64,000 bases of DNA from Oscillospiraceae bacterium (GCA_009777445.1 WRLV01000002.1:8256-72255); one strand, 5' to 3'. Shown: positions 17,345 through 27,751, numbered from the stretch's first letter. Notes: generated from the letters alone by a model not told the origin. Made by a program: numbers and translations.

Positions 17345-20300
17345 AAGTGTACCTCCATATCCAACCTTTTTTCAATTTCAGAGAATTTTAACATATCGTG
17401 TTTTTCTTTTAGCCACGCGACTAACCCGTCATCATCTTCATATTGATAGCTGTCTATTTCTTCCATTGCCTCGTCCGCGCTGTCTATGTCGTAAAATTTG
17501 CAGGCGGTGAGCAGTTTTGAGAGCAATTCGGGTTCTGGCTTTGCCTTCATCGGTTTTGGGTTTTCATCATCTATTGTCTTCAACAGCGTTTCAAGTGCGG
17601 TGGCAAGGGCATCGGCGGCTTTGACGAACGCCGGGTTATGTGCGTTTATATAGTCTAAATCTCTTTTCGATGCCGCAACTTCAAGTTCAGCAGCATTCTC
17701 ACCGAGTTCGGCGGCGAAAATATCACGACTGGTGCCTTTAACGCTGTGGACATTAATCTCATAGTCCCCAATCACGCTCTGAGTAATCTCACCGTCAATC
17801 CGCCCGACAATTGAACGCAAACTCGCGGTATAAGAACGCAAGATTTTCAAATAAGCATCCTCGTTCCCCGCATATCGCTCTAAGCCTTTGACTATGTCTA
17901 AACCCTCAACCGTTCGCTCGCTTAAGTTTAGACCTTGCGGTTTGGGCGGTGCGCGCTCGCTTAGCTTCTCTTTGTATGCCGCCGCCGCGCTTTGCGCTTC
18001 TTCAAAGTCGCTCTCAAGCACATAGTTCTTGATTTTTTCGTTCACCGCGAACGTGTCTTTTGAGCAGTTTTTCATTGTGGCGATTATATCAAGTGTTGCT
18101 TTTCTGTCATAATCTTCACACGCTTCTTCAATCGCCGTGAATTGAGAGATGAGTTCGTCAATATTTTCATCAACATTGTCATTTTGCTCTTGAGTTGCTT
18201 CAAGTTTTTCCAAGAGTTCTTTCAGTTTTTTGAGGAATGTCGGGGTTTCCTTATTAATAGTGCGGCTGTCTTCTTCACGCCCGGCTGTTTCTAACTTATA
18301 CGCTGTTTGCGACAATTCCTTTTCGCCGATGTTAGCTAAGGCACTTTTAATCCCATGAACAAAAATCGCGTAGTTATGTATTTCCTCGCTCGATGGATTT
18401 TCTTGTGTAAAACCTTCAAGAAACTCTACGGTTTTGCGGGCATCACGGATAAATGACTCTATTAGAATTTGGTTTACGTTTTCATTGTCGGGTTTTTTCG
18501 CCTTTTGGGCGCGTGCCGCCTCAATCGTTTCGGGGGTTTGTTTGTCGCGGATAAATTTGGTGAGCGCGTTGTCTAATTGACGGGTGTCAATGGGTTTTGA
18601 GATGAAGTCGTCAAAGCCATTTTTTAAGAACATTTCCGCCTGCCCTACTACAGCATTTGCGGTGAGGGCGATAACGGGCAATTTATATCCGGACTCGCGT
18701 AATTTTTGCGTTGTTTCTATTCCGTCCATTTCGGGCATCATGTGGTCCATGAAAATAATGTCATAGACATTCCCTTCACTCACCTTGTTGAGTGCTTCAC
18801 GCCCACTCATTACCGTGTCAATTTTTAAGCCGTAAAGCTTTAACAATCCAACCGCCACATAAAGATTAGTCTCTACATCATCAACCACCAACACACTGCC
18901 GTATGGCATTGGCTCACGGGTAAAGGTGCGGCGTTTTCTCTCACCCATATAGTTAGCGCGGAAATTTTGAAGCGCGCTTGCGGCTTGCGCCCCGAGAGGA
19001 AGAGCATCTACAGTTTCTTGTGGCAAACGCGCGGTGAACAGAGTCCCCACGTTCGGCGTGCTTTCAACATAAATTTCGCCGCCCATAAGTGAGGCTAATC
19101 GGCGCGTGATTGCTAAGCCTAAGCCGGTTCCTTCAACCGTGCTGTTTTTCTCGTCATTGAAACGTGAATATTCGTCAAACAGTTTCTCAACCTGCTTAGC
19201 ACTCATACCGCAACCGGTATCACGGACTTTTATTATAAGCTCGATTGCAGATTCAGAGGGTGGGTGGGCGGGAACTGCAACCGCCGGCTCGGCGGTGATA
19301 GAAAGCTGAACTTTGCCGGAATCGGTGTATTTGAAGGCGTTGGAGAGTAGATTATTCAGAATTTGTTTAATGCGCAGTTCATCGCCTTTAAGCTTTTCGG
19401 GTATATTTTCGTCAACTGACAGTTCAAATACGATGGGTTTGCTTTCGATTCTCATGATGTTTAAGTGCGCCGAGTCGTAAATGAGGTCGGCGATTTTATA
19501 GGTTTTTGTTCTTATGTCCATTTTACCTGCTTCAATTTTAGAGAAATCAAGTATATCGTTTATAATCCCCAACAGCAAATTGCAAGAATTGTGTATTTTA
19601 TGCAACCCCTCTTCAACATCATCGGGAAGTGTTTCTTTTTGCGTTAGAACATCGGTAATGCCTAATATTGCGTTCATCGGTGTGCGAATTTCATGGCTCA
19701 TGTTAGCAAGAAACGCCGATTTGGTTTTGGAAGCCGCTAACAAAAGCTCTTCAATCTTTTTATGCTTCGTAATGTCATGCGCAACACCCATTACCCCCAC
19801 TGATTCATCGTTTAAAATCAGAGGAGTTCTTGTGGTTTCATAGAGTAGAATTTCTTGAGTAACACCGGGGATATACTCCTCTGTTGTCAGTGAGCTTTGC
19901 TCGTTCATGACTTTGAGTTCGGTTTGATTTTCTTTGTCCGCTTCAATGGTTGGCAGCCCTAAAGCCTGCACATTGTTTTTCCCGATAATGTCATCGGGTT
20001 TTATTCCGAAATGCTCGGCGAATGCTTTGTTGCAATGTGTATATCTCATCTCGCTGTCTTTGGTGAAAATCAAGGCCGGGATAGAATCAAGCAGTGCGGA
20101 CAACGTTGTCGTCTGAAGTGCCAACTCACGCGTTCGCCCTGAAACCAACAGTTCTAACTTCATGCCGTCACGGCGGCTTTTTATATGAATGACAATCAAA
20201 AGAATTACGACAAATGCCGCTAAAACAGACACCCCATACAGCCACGGTCTTTGAGCTTGCGCCATGCTTAAAAGATAGTCGTATCGTCTGTGTGTCCACT

Positions 20301-21840
20301 GTTCGGTGATAATGTTTATGTCGATAAATCCCAACGCCTTGTTAAAAATTGAGCGTAAAATCACCTCATCTTTATTAAAGCCGAAGGTGGAAATATAGCC
20401 GTTGTCAAATACGATATTCGCCTTATAATCAGGCAGTTCGCGATAGTTCGTCAGATAAAGCAACGCGCTGTAGTTGCTAATCACGCCGTCAACCTCACCT
20501 GAGTCTAAAGCCGCCCAAGCCGCATCTTGCCCGTCAAAGGTGACATTATTTCGGTGGTTCGGGAACAGCGACAAGAAAAATTCGGTGTGCGCCGTGTCTC
20601 TGCTCAATCCGATTTTCATAGAGTGGACTTTATCTATAGTGATATTAGGAAATTCCACCTTTGAAATCAGCACAGAATTATTTATTATAAATGGCGTGTC
20701 GGGCCACAGATAATACGGCTCTCGCTCAGCCGAACGAATAAGCTCTGAAACAAAAGGAATGTCTCCGGCGTTAAGCATAGCCAACAGCTCATGGAACTCT
20801 GCGTTCTCATTATTAGCCGGGACAAACTCAACGTCAATAAGCTCTGAAACCTCGCTTAGCACTTCAAAGCAGATTCCTTGCCATTTAAGGGTGTGTTCAT
20901 TGAAGAAGCTGACGGGGTAGTTGTCATATTCCGCGCCGAAACTTATAACGGGGTTGTTTTTTAGATATTCAAGCTCATCTTCTGTGAGACTCAAAAACAT
21001 TTTATATTTGAGATATTCACGCATCCCCTTTTCGTATAAATCGTCAATAATCTTAGGGTTGGCATTCATAGCCGCCTGAACAACTTTTATGATAATTTCT
21101 AAATCGGGATTTTGAGTCGTCATAGAAACAGGCGAATATACTAACGGGTAAAACTGCGTGACTTCAACATCGTCATACTCAGCGAAAACCGCCTCAACAG
21201 AGCTTGCGGCGAGAAGGGCATCAACTTCCCCAGACACTAAAAGCTCATAGGCTTCTTGATATTCGTCCACAAACACAGTTTCAAATTCATATCCCGAATA
21301 AAGAAGCGCGTTATTGGCGCACACCGCGCCACGAAGCAACGCATAACGCAAGGGTGTGTTCGGGTTGTCGCTCAGGTTGTCCCCGGTGGGTGGCTTAAAT
21401 CGAAAATACATGATTGAGCGTTGGGCTATAGGCTCGGTCATATAAAGGTTTGTCTGATAATCATCAACAGGGCTCATAGCACCGGTAAAGTCAATTACCC
21501 CGCTTTCAAGCCCGTTTGGAAGAACCCCTCTTTCAAAGTGTTCAACAACAAATTCAGTGTCAAATAATTGAGTCAGCCACTCGCATAAAAGCGGCGCGAA
21601 CCCCTTTATTTCACCGTTATTGTCAATAAAAGCTTCTGTGCTGTATGTCATGGCATATGTAAAAGAATCGACATTAGACAAAAGTTCTTCAACTTGTTTG
21701 ATGTCGTTGTTGGTTAATCCGGGAATATCGCGAAATGAAGAAAATAAGGGAGGCTCTTGACGTTCCCCAAAAACAAAACACCCCGACAACAACGCGACAG
21801 ATAACGCGAAACATATTATTATAGATAATTTCTTTTTCAA
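17329..21840 (-). CDS. BvgS-like hybrid sensor histidine kinase (2 periplasmic solute-binding domains, TM, PAS, HisKA, HATPase, REC, 2 Hpt)
   Basis: Lipoprotein-like signal LLSGC. H-box FLANMSHEIRTPMN. G-boxes DTGCGM and GTGLGLAI. REC domain VLVVDD...FMDHMMPEMDG. Hpt histidines in FVHGIKSA and VHSVKGTS. Confidence 0.85.
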   Translation of the reverse strand: MKKKLSIIICFALSVALLSGCFVFGERQEPPLFSSFRDIPGLTNNDIKQVEELLSNVDSFTYAMTYSTEAFIDNNGEIKGFAPLLCEWLTQLFDTEFVVEHFERGVLPNGLESGVIDFTGAMSPVDDYQTNLYMTEPIAQRSIMYFRFKPPTGDNLSDNPNTPLRYALLRGAVCANNALLYSGYEFETVFVDEYQEAYELLVSGEVDALLAASSVEAVFAEYDDVEVTQFYPLVYSPVSMTTQNPDLEIIIKVVQAAMNANPKIIDDLYEKGMREYLKYKMFLSLTEDELEYLKNNPVISFGAEYDNYPVSFFNEHTLKWQGICFEVLSEVSELIDVEFVPANNENAEFHELLAMLNAGDIPFVSELIRSAEREPYYLWPDTPFIINNSVLISKVEFPNITIDKVHSMKIGLSRDTAHTEFFLSLFPNHRNNVTFDGQDAAWAALDSGEVDGVISNYSALLYLTNYRELPDYKANIVFDNGYISTFGFNKDEVILRSIFNKALGFIDINIITEQWTHRRYDYLLSMAQAQRPWLYGVSVLAAFVVILLIVIHIKSRRDGMKLELLVSGRTRELALQTTTLSALLDSIPALIFTKDSEMRYTHCNKAFAEHFGIKPDDIIGKNNVQALGLPTIEADKENQTELKVMNEQSSLTTEEYIPGVTQEILLYETTRTPLILNDESVGVMGVAHDITKHKKIEELLLAASKTKSAFLANMSHEIRTPMNAILGITDVLTQKETLPDDVEEGLHKIHNSCNLLLGIINDILDFSKIEAGKMDIRTKTYKIADLIYDSAHLNIMRIESKPIVFELSVDENIPEKLKGDELRIKQILNNLLSNAFKYTDSGKVQLSITAEPAVAVPAHPPSESAIELIIKVRDTGCGMSAKQVEKLFDEYSRFNDEKNSTVEGTGLGLAITRRLASLMGGEIYVESTPNVGTLFTARLPQETVDALPLGAQAASALQNFRANYMGERKRRTFTREPMPYGSVLVVDDVETNLYVAVGLLKLYGLKIDTVMSGREALNKVSEGNVYDIIFMDHMMPEMDGIETTQKLRESGYKLPVIALTANAVVGQAEMFLKNGFDDFISKPIDTRQLDNALTKFIRDKQTPETIEAARAQKAKKPDNENVNQILIESFIRDARKTVEFLEGFTQENPSSEEIHNYAIFVHGIKSALANIGEKELSQTAYKLETAGREEDSRTINKETPTFLKKLKELLEKLEATQEQNDNVDENIDELISQFTAIEEACEDYDRKATLDIIATMKNCSKDTFAVNEKIKNYVLESDFEEAQSAAAAYKEKLSERAPPKPQGLNLSERTVEGLDIVKGLERYAGNEDAYLKILRSYTASLRSIVGRIDGEITQSVIGDYEINVHSVKGTSRDIFAAELGENAAELEVAASKRDLDYINAHNPAFVKAADALATALETLLKTIDDENPKPMKAKPEPELLSKLLTACKFYDIDSADEAMEEIDSYQYEDDDGLVAWLKEKHDMLKFSEIEKRLDMEVHLWKIP

Positions 21841-21904
21841 ATCATTACCTCCGAAAAACCTCGAAAAACTTATTACTAAAGTATAACATTTTTGGAGAAG
21901 ATTG

Positions 21905-23125
21905 TCAAGCCAGAAAATACCTCATTAAGGCAGGGCCCGTTTCAAAATAAACGCCCGAATTTTTAGCTGTCGTTTCAGTAAAGCAGCCTTGCGAGTTGTC
22001 GGTGCTTTGCTTTTTGTTATCGTAAATCAAAAACGGCACAGGCTCATTGGTATGGGTGCGAAGTTCAAGGGGTGTCGGGTGGTCGGGGCAGATTAAAATT
22101 TTAAAGTGTTCATCGTTTAACGCCTTTAGGAACGGAGCTAACACTAATTCATCAATCAATTCAATTGACTTAACTTTATTTTCAACCTCGCCGCGGTGGG
22201 CGCACTCGTCGGGGGCCTCGATGTGAAGATAAACAAAGTCATCACCCGATTTGAGGGCGTTAATTGCCGCTTGTACTTTTCCGTCAAAATTTGTGTCGAT
22301 ATAGCCTGTTGCCCCCTCTACTTCAACGACATTCATGCAGGTGAATTTTCCTATGCCTTTGAGCAGGTCAACCGCCGAAATCATCGTGCCGTTAAGCCCG
22401 TATTTTTCCTTAAAAGACGGCAATTCTTTACGCACGCCCTCGCCCCACAGCCAAATGCTGTTGGCAGGTTTTTTGCCGTTTTTAATTCTTTTGATGTTAA
22501 TGGGGTGTTCTTTGAGCAGGGCATATGAAGCTCTCATCATGTCTGCAAGCTCTGTTGCGGCAGGTAAATAAGAGATAATTCTTTTGTCTGTAATGTCATG
22601 CGGTGGTGTTAAATCCTTAGTTTTGTCCGGTATGTCACCCGTGGGGGAAAGCCCATCGTTCCACAAAAGGCAATGGCGATAGCAAACACCGCTGTAAAAA
22701 GAGAACGGCGGCTTACCCAAATGTTTGTTTATATGTTCAATCAAGACTTTTGCCTCATCTGTGTGTATATCGCCGGCGCAATAATCCAACATGGTTTTAT
22801 CGGCATATTCAGGCTCATCAGACAAGGTGACTAAGTTACAGCGAAACGATATGTCGGTTGGTTTCATGTCAATCCCGATACTACCTGCTTCAAGGGGGGA
22901 ACGCCCCGAGTAGTATTTTTCAGGCTCATAGCCTAATACCGACAAATTGGCGACATCACTGCCCGGTTTCATATTATCGGCAACGGTTTTAACCAACCCT
23001 TGAACTGCCATTTTCGCTAACTTATCCATATTGGGTTTGTGTGCCGTTTCCATCGGTGTTTTGCCGCCCAAGGCAAAAACAGGCTCGTCTGACATTCCGT
23101 CACATAATAAAACTAAATATTTCAT
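21905..23125 (-). CDS. apgM: Cofactor-independent phosphoglycerate mutase, archaeal ApgM type
   Basis: MKYLVLLCDGMSDEP...GKTPMETAHKPNMDKLA and a C-terminal metalloenzyme motif (HIEAPDECAHRG). Confidence 0.8.
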   Translation of the reverse strand: MKYLVLLCDGMSDEPVFALGGKTPMETAHKPNMDKLAKMAVQGLVKTVADNMKPGSDVANLSVLGYEPEKYYSGRSPLEAGSIGIDMKPTDISFRCNLVTLSDEPEYADKTMLDYCAGDIHTDEAKVLIEHINKHLGKPPFSFYSGVCYRHCLLWNDGLSPTGDIPDKTKDLTPPHDITDKRIISYLPAATELADMMRASYALLKEHPINIKRIKNGKKPANSIWLWGEGVRKELPSFKEKYGLNGTMISAVDLLKGIGKFTCMNVVEVEGATGYIDTNFDGKVQAAINALKSGDDFVYLHIEAPDECAHRGEVENKVKSIELIDELVLAPFLKALNDEHFKILICPDHPTPLELRTHTNEPVPFLIYDNKKQSTDNSQGCFTETTAKNSGVYFETGPALMRYFLA

Positions 23126-23223
23126 CTTTTAGATATGTCCTTTCTGCACAAACGCGCTTTAAAAATATGTTTTCCCATATTTACGAGTGTTTATTTTCAA
23201 ACTTAGATATGCCCCCTTACATT

Positions 23224-23505
23224 TTAAAATAACTCAACGCCGACACGGTCGATGTGTTCTCGCAATGGCTTATGCCCAAGCTCATCGTAACACACCACAT
23301 CAAACTTATACGGCATTGGCAGTTCATCAAGACAAGCCGCTATTTTTGCTTCACTGAACCCTCCAAACACAGCTATGTCAATATCAGAATTGTCGCGCCA
23401 ATCGCCTTTAGCTCGCGAACCAAACACAATTGCACGCTTTACACTGCAATTTTTCAAGGCATCAATTATAAGCGCGATATGTTTAGGCGAAAGTCCTATA
23501 TTCAT
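23224..23505 (-). CDS. Nucleotidyltransferase-domain protein (HI0073/MNT-like)
   Basis: FGSRAKGDWRDNSDIDIAVFG (GS-x9-DxD minimal NTase motif). Confidence 0.8.
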   Translation of the reverse strand: MNIGLSPKHIALIIDALKNCSVKRAIVFGSRAKGDWRDNSDIDIAVFGGFSEAKIAACLDELPMPYKFDVVCYDELGHKPLREHIDRVGVELF

Positions 23506-23508
23506 TTT

Positions 23509-23931
23509 TTAAACATGCCTTTCTTCAAACATTCCCTTTAGATAGGTACACAACTCTTCTATTGCCGGGTAAAAATCGCTTTTAATTCGCTTGAACACTT
23601 TGTTGAAAGTTTCTTCGTCATATCGATGCGACATTTCATTGCGTGAATCAAGCATATCAATAAAAACTTCACCGTTCGTGATTATTTTTACCGCAAAAGC
23701 TTCCTTAATAATCGGACGTGGTGATGGTTGAATGTCATGCCCGAGAAATCGTAAATAATCATTAACGGTTTTCCATGCTAAGTCAAAGGCGATTTCAAAT
23801 CGTTGAATGAAGCCTTCGCGAATAATTGACGGTGTCTGCTCAAATTCATAAGCGTTAATTTCAGATAAGAGTTTACACGCTTTTGAAAAGTTTTCAAACC
23901 TTTGTCGCCAGCGTATGTCTTTATTTTTCAT
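23509..23931 (-). CDS. HI0074-family nucleotidyltransferase substrate-binding protein (HepT-like partner)
   Basis: N-terminal RWRQRFENFSKACKLL and the overall size are typical of the HI0074 family. It lies 3 nt upstream of the NTase gene. Confidence 0.7.
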   Translation of the reverse strand: MKNKDIRWRQRFENFSKACKLLSEINAYEFEQTPSIIREGFIQRFEIAFDLAWKTVNDYLRFLGHDIQPSPRPIIKEAFAVKIITNGEVFIDMLDSRNEMSHRYDEETFNKVFKRIKSDFYPAIEELCTYLKGMFEERHV

Positions 23932-23932
23932 T

Positions 23933-25528
23933 TTAAGTTGGCCTCCTAATTAAAATATACTCCAAAGAGTCGGATAATGCTTGAATTGATGCGTTTATTA
24001 TATCTTTTGATGCGCCGACGGTTGTCCAGGTTTCTTTGCCGTTAGTGCTTTCGATTAGCACTCTTGTGGTTGATGCCGTGCTGTTGCCTTCGTCAACCAC
24101 CCTGACTTTATAGTCGGAAAGGCGAACACCGCACAACACGGGATAAAGCTTTTCAAGAGCCGCTCTTAACGCTCTGTCTATTGCGTTTACGGGGCCTGTC
24201 CCGTCTAACGTGACCATTTCGCATACATCGTCAACGCGAACTGTCACCGTTGCCGTTGAGAGGTTCGAGTCGTTCAACGATGATATAATTTCAAAGTTTT
24301 CAATCACAAAAAACGGCTTTATTTTACCCAACATTTTCAAAACCAACAGCTCAAAGCTTGCCGCCGCCGCTTCAAAGTGAAATCCTTTATGTTCCATTTT
24401 CTTGATTTTCGCGATTATGTCATTGACAATCGGGCTTGATTTTTCTAAGCCGCTCAACTGCCCGATTTTCATGATTTTAGCAATAACCGCCCCTCTCCCT
24501 GCGACTTCTGACAAGAGCACATTTCTCTCGTTGCCCACCACGCACGGCTCAATATGTTCAAACGAAACGGGATTCTTCAACACCCCGTCAACGTGCATAC
24601 CGCCTTTATGGGAAAAGGCCGCCGTACCGACATATGGCATTCGTGATGAGAGTGCTAAATTCGCGACCTCGGCTATATAATGCGCTGTGTCGGTTAATGC
24701 GCCCATGTTTTTCCCGGCTAAAGTTTTATAAGCCGTTTTCGCCTCAAGATTGGGTATGAGCGTTGATAAATTTGCGTTTCCTGTTCTCTCACCGATTCCG
24801 ATAAACGTACCCTGAATTTGCCGCGCTCCCGCTCTTACCGCCTCAATGCTGTTGGCAACGGCACAACCGCTGTCATTATGAGCGTGGATTCCTATAGTCA
24901 GTCGCTCATCGGAAAGCTCTCTCTTAACGTCAGCGACAATTTCAAAAATTTCATGCGGCAAAAAACCGCCGTTTGTATCACAAAGAATTATTTTCTCTGC
25001 CCCGGCTTTATGGGCGACTTTTAAACTGTCAAGGGAATAGTCACGATTATTTTTATAGCCGTCAAAAAAATGTTCGGCATCAAAAAACACGGTTTTGCCT
25101 TTGTCGATTAAGTATTCTATGCTTTGCTCAATCATTTTGAGGTTTTCGAGAAGGGTTGTGTCTAAAATGTCGAACACATGCAAGTCCCAACTCTTCCCGA
25201 AAATGGTTGCGTATTTTGTGTTGGCCTTTAAAATCGCGTTTAGATTATCGTCATCGCAAGGGGCGATTAGCTTTCGCTTGGTGGAGCCAAAGGCGACAAG
25301 AGCTGAATTTTTAAGTCGCACAAGCTTTGCCTTTTCAAAAAAATGTAAATCTTTGGGGTTAGAGCCGGGATTGCCCGCTTCAATATAATCAACCCCGAAC
25401 TCGTCTAATCTGCTTAATATTTTAAGTTTATCGGAAACCGAAAAACTTATGCCACGCGACTGCGCCCCATCCCTCAAAGTAGAATCATATATTTCAACTG
25501 CGTTTATATTTTGCACTTCACTCTCCAC
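23933..25528 (-). CDS. cimA: Citramalate synthase / 2-isopropylmalate synthase family protein
   Basis: YDSTLRDGAQSRGISFSVSDKLKILSRLDEFGVDYIEAGNPGSNPKD, HAHNDSGCAVANS and a C-terminal LeuA-dimer-like domain. Confidence 0.8.
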   Translation of the reverse strand: MESEVQNINAVEIYDSTLRDGAQSRGISFSVSDKLKILSRLDEFGVDYIEAGNPGSNPKDLHFFEKAKLVRLKNSALVAFGSTKRKLIAPCDDDNLNAILKANTKYATIFGKSWDLHVFDILDTTLLENLKMIEQSIEYLIDKGKTVFFDAEHFFDGYKNNRDYSLDSLKVAHKAGAEKIILCDTNGGFLPHEIFEIVADVKRELSDERLTIGIHAHNDSGCAVANSIEAVRAGARQIQGTFIGIGERTGNANLSTLIPNLEAKTAYKTLAGKNMGALTDTAHYIAEVANLALSSRMPYVGTAAFSHKGGMHVDGVLKNPVSFEHIEPCVVGNERNVLLSEVAGRGAVIAKIMKIGQLSGLEKSSPIVNDIIAKIKKMEHKGFHFEAAAASFELLVLKMLGKIKPFFVIENFEIISSLNDSNLSTATVTVRVDDVCEMVTLDGTGPVNAIDRALRAALEKLYPVLCGVRLSDYKVRVVDEGNSTASTTRVLIESTNGKETWTTVGASKDIINASIQALSDSLEYILIRRPT

Positions 25529-25537
25529 CCTCCACTC

Positions 25538-25768
25538 TCAACTCGCAACAGCGACACTCAAAACATCATAAAGCCGCAAAAGTCGTCTTTGAATGTCGGT
25601 TGTTTCTTCCGGCGTGCTTTCTATAGAAATTTCCATTTCAGATATTTGTGAGTCGGGCGTGGGGGCGCAATAAAGCGAATGTATGTTATGCCCATCGCGG
25701 CTGATTACACTAACCACCCTCAACAAAACACCATGGGTATTTTCTGTTTTCAATATAAGCTTACACAC
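25538..25768 (-). CDS. ACT-domain acetolactate synthase small-subunit-like protein
   Basis: KLILKTENTHGVLLRVVSVISRDGHNIHSL is an IlvN/IlvH-type ACT fold. I chose the GTG start at 25768 because it overlaps the upstream stop (GTGTGTAA coupling). Confidence 0.6.
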   Translation of the reverse strand: MCKLILKTENTHGVLLRVVSVISRDGHNIHSLYCAPTPDSQISEMEISIESTPEETTDIQRRLLRLYDVLSVAVAS

Positions 25769-26531
25769 TTTTAGATTCCTCACTAATAAAATAATTAAGC
25801 GCGTCCTTAACATCACAGACTATATCGGCATCGTCAATGTCTATGTGTAAAACGTTCGGGATTTTAATAACGGGCGGCTTTGTCCCCAAAACTAAAACCA
25901 AATCACAGTCATCCCGGTTGATTAAATCATCAGTAACAGGGGTATCAACTAAGCTCGAAAACTTCTGAAGTTCATAATCGGCATAGTTGAATATAAAGCC
26001 GTCTTTTGCATAAATCAGCGGTTTTTTCGCCCCCTTGAACATTTCAAGGGCGTTGTCAAGCGTGTCGTTCGGAAGTGCGCGAAGGGTGATTTTAAACGGT
26101 TTTTCGTGTTTATAGACACAAGTTGAATTGGTTATTTCTTCCGCTAAATCGACTAATACCACCCCTTTGCGCCCGTCACCGGCAATGAAAAACGCCTTTC
26201 TGATTGAATCGGCGAGTTCTTCAACGCTGCGGACTAAAATGCTGTGTTTGGTGATGGGAAGGGTTATTCCGATTATATCCAACTTCACGGGAGAGTTGAG
26301 GGTATTATTAACAGAAATAATAACCAAAGGCGTTCTGTCACAATTTGATTTTGCTATTGGAATGACTTGCCCGGCTATGTCAGAGGCCAAAGCTAATATA
26401 ACCCCTGTTTTATTTTCAGCGCGCGCATATTCGTCGGCGGCAAAAACAGATTCAGCACCGCCGCCGAAAATCATGTCGATTCCGTGTTCCGAAAAACATT
26501 CAAGTATTATTTTCGCACCCTGAAGCTTCAT
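25761..26531 (-). pseudogene. Truncated, divergent acetolactate synthase large-subunit-like ORF (N-terminal and central domains only, no ThDP-binding C-terminal domain)
   Basis: Only 256 aa, against about 560 aa for IlvB. GAKIILECFSEHGIDMIFGGG...EYARAENKTGVILA...RTPLVIISV resembles the TPP_enzyme_N domain with internal deletions. The GDG..N ThDP motif is absent. Confidence 0.5.
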
Positions 26532-26639
26532 CCTTTTTTCTCCCCGTTTTTTTAAATCTACTATTTATAATAACAAAATTCTTTCAAACTATGAATGGAT
26601 ATTCCCCCTTATTAATTTTATAAGAAATAAGCAAATTTG

Positions 26640-27707
26640 TCAAGAATTAGAAAAATATTTATCATTAAAAATAACCGACTTGTCGCGCGGTTTCAGTTCT
26701 TTTGACTTTTTATGGTAATATAGTGCTTTTTCACGCTCTCCCAATCGGTCATAACAAACGCACAGCTCAATATATGGGATAAAATCATAGCAGTCGTTTA
26801 GAACAAACCCTTTTCTTTCTGAAATGTTTGACGTTAACGCGCTTTCATACCAAAAAGCGGCAGCTTTATATTCACCCTTATTCGCAAAAAAATGCCCCAT
26901 TTTGCAGCAACCTTCGGCGCGGGGCCTGTCATAATAAAAAGCGTTCAGCACAGATGTCACCGCTTTTTGTTCATCGTTGGGATAACACTCATATAAATCA
27001 AGACAGGCTTGAATTTTATCCTCATTCCAACCGTGTTTTTCTTCTAAGAAGGCTCTGAACCACTCTGCCGCCTCTTCAAGTCGGTGGTGGAACATCAACT
27101 CGCGCGCATAATAAAACTTATCGCGTGCCGAAAGACTGCCTTTGTCTAAAAGCCGTTCAAAAATGTCGATGTTTCTGAACGGGTCGCCCGGTTTTAGTTT
27201 TCGGTGTTCTATTGAAATGTCAAAGTTTTTAACTTTTCCGCGTGGGGTTATGCCTTCGTGGATTGCCCCTCCCCACCTATAGTTCATCTCGCGCTTGAAG
27301 AGACGTTCCCGAAAATAACTTGTGATTGGGCGGTCTTCATTGTCGAAATTTACGTTATAGCGCAACATCGCCATGTCTACGTCGCCTTTTGACAAATCTT
27401 CTTTTAAGTTTAAGAATTTTTCATGTTCTGAAGCGGCGACAATATCATCGGCATCTAACCACATTTGATATTGGGCAGTTGCTTTTGAGAACGAGAAGTT
27501 GCGTGCGGCAGCAAAGTCATAAATCCACTCAAAATCATAGATTTTGTCGGTATAATTCGCCGCTATTTGTTTTGTTTTATCCTTTGAGCCGGTGTCAACT
27601 ATTATTATTTCGTCCACTAACGCCTTTACGCTGTCAAGACAACGCCCCAACAACTCTTCTTCATCTTTGACTATCATGCACAAACTAATTTCTGCCACCA
27701 AAATCAC
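26640..27707 (-). CDS. Family-2 glycosyltransferase with C-terminal TPR-like repeats
   Basis: ISLCMIVKDEEELLGRCLDSVKALVDEIIIVDTGSKDKT and DADD motifs, followed by helical repeats. The exact start (GTG at 27707 or a nearby codon) is uncertain. Confidence 0.75.
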   Translation of the reverse strand: MILVAEISLCMIVKDEEELLGRCLDSVKALVDEIIIVDTGSKDKTKQIAANYTDKIYDFEWIYDFAAARNFSFSKATAQYQMWLDADDIVAASEHEKFLNLKEDLSKGDVDMAMLRYNVNFDNEDRPITSYFRERLFKREMNYRWGGAIHEGITPRGKVKNFDISIEHRKLKPGDPFRNIDIFERLLDKGSLSARDKFYYARELMFHHRLEEAAEWFRAFLEEKHGWNEDKIQACLDLYECYPNDEQKAVTSVLNAFYYDRPRAEGCCKMGHFFANKGEYKAAAFWYESALTSNISERKGFVLNDCYDFIPYIELCVCYDRLGEREKALYYHKKSKELKPRDKSVIFNDKYFSNS

Positions 27708-27751
27708 CCTTTCAGCGTTTTTTCTATCTTATGCCGAAGGGAGTTAAAACA

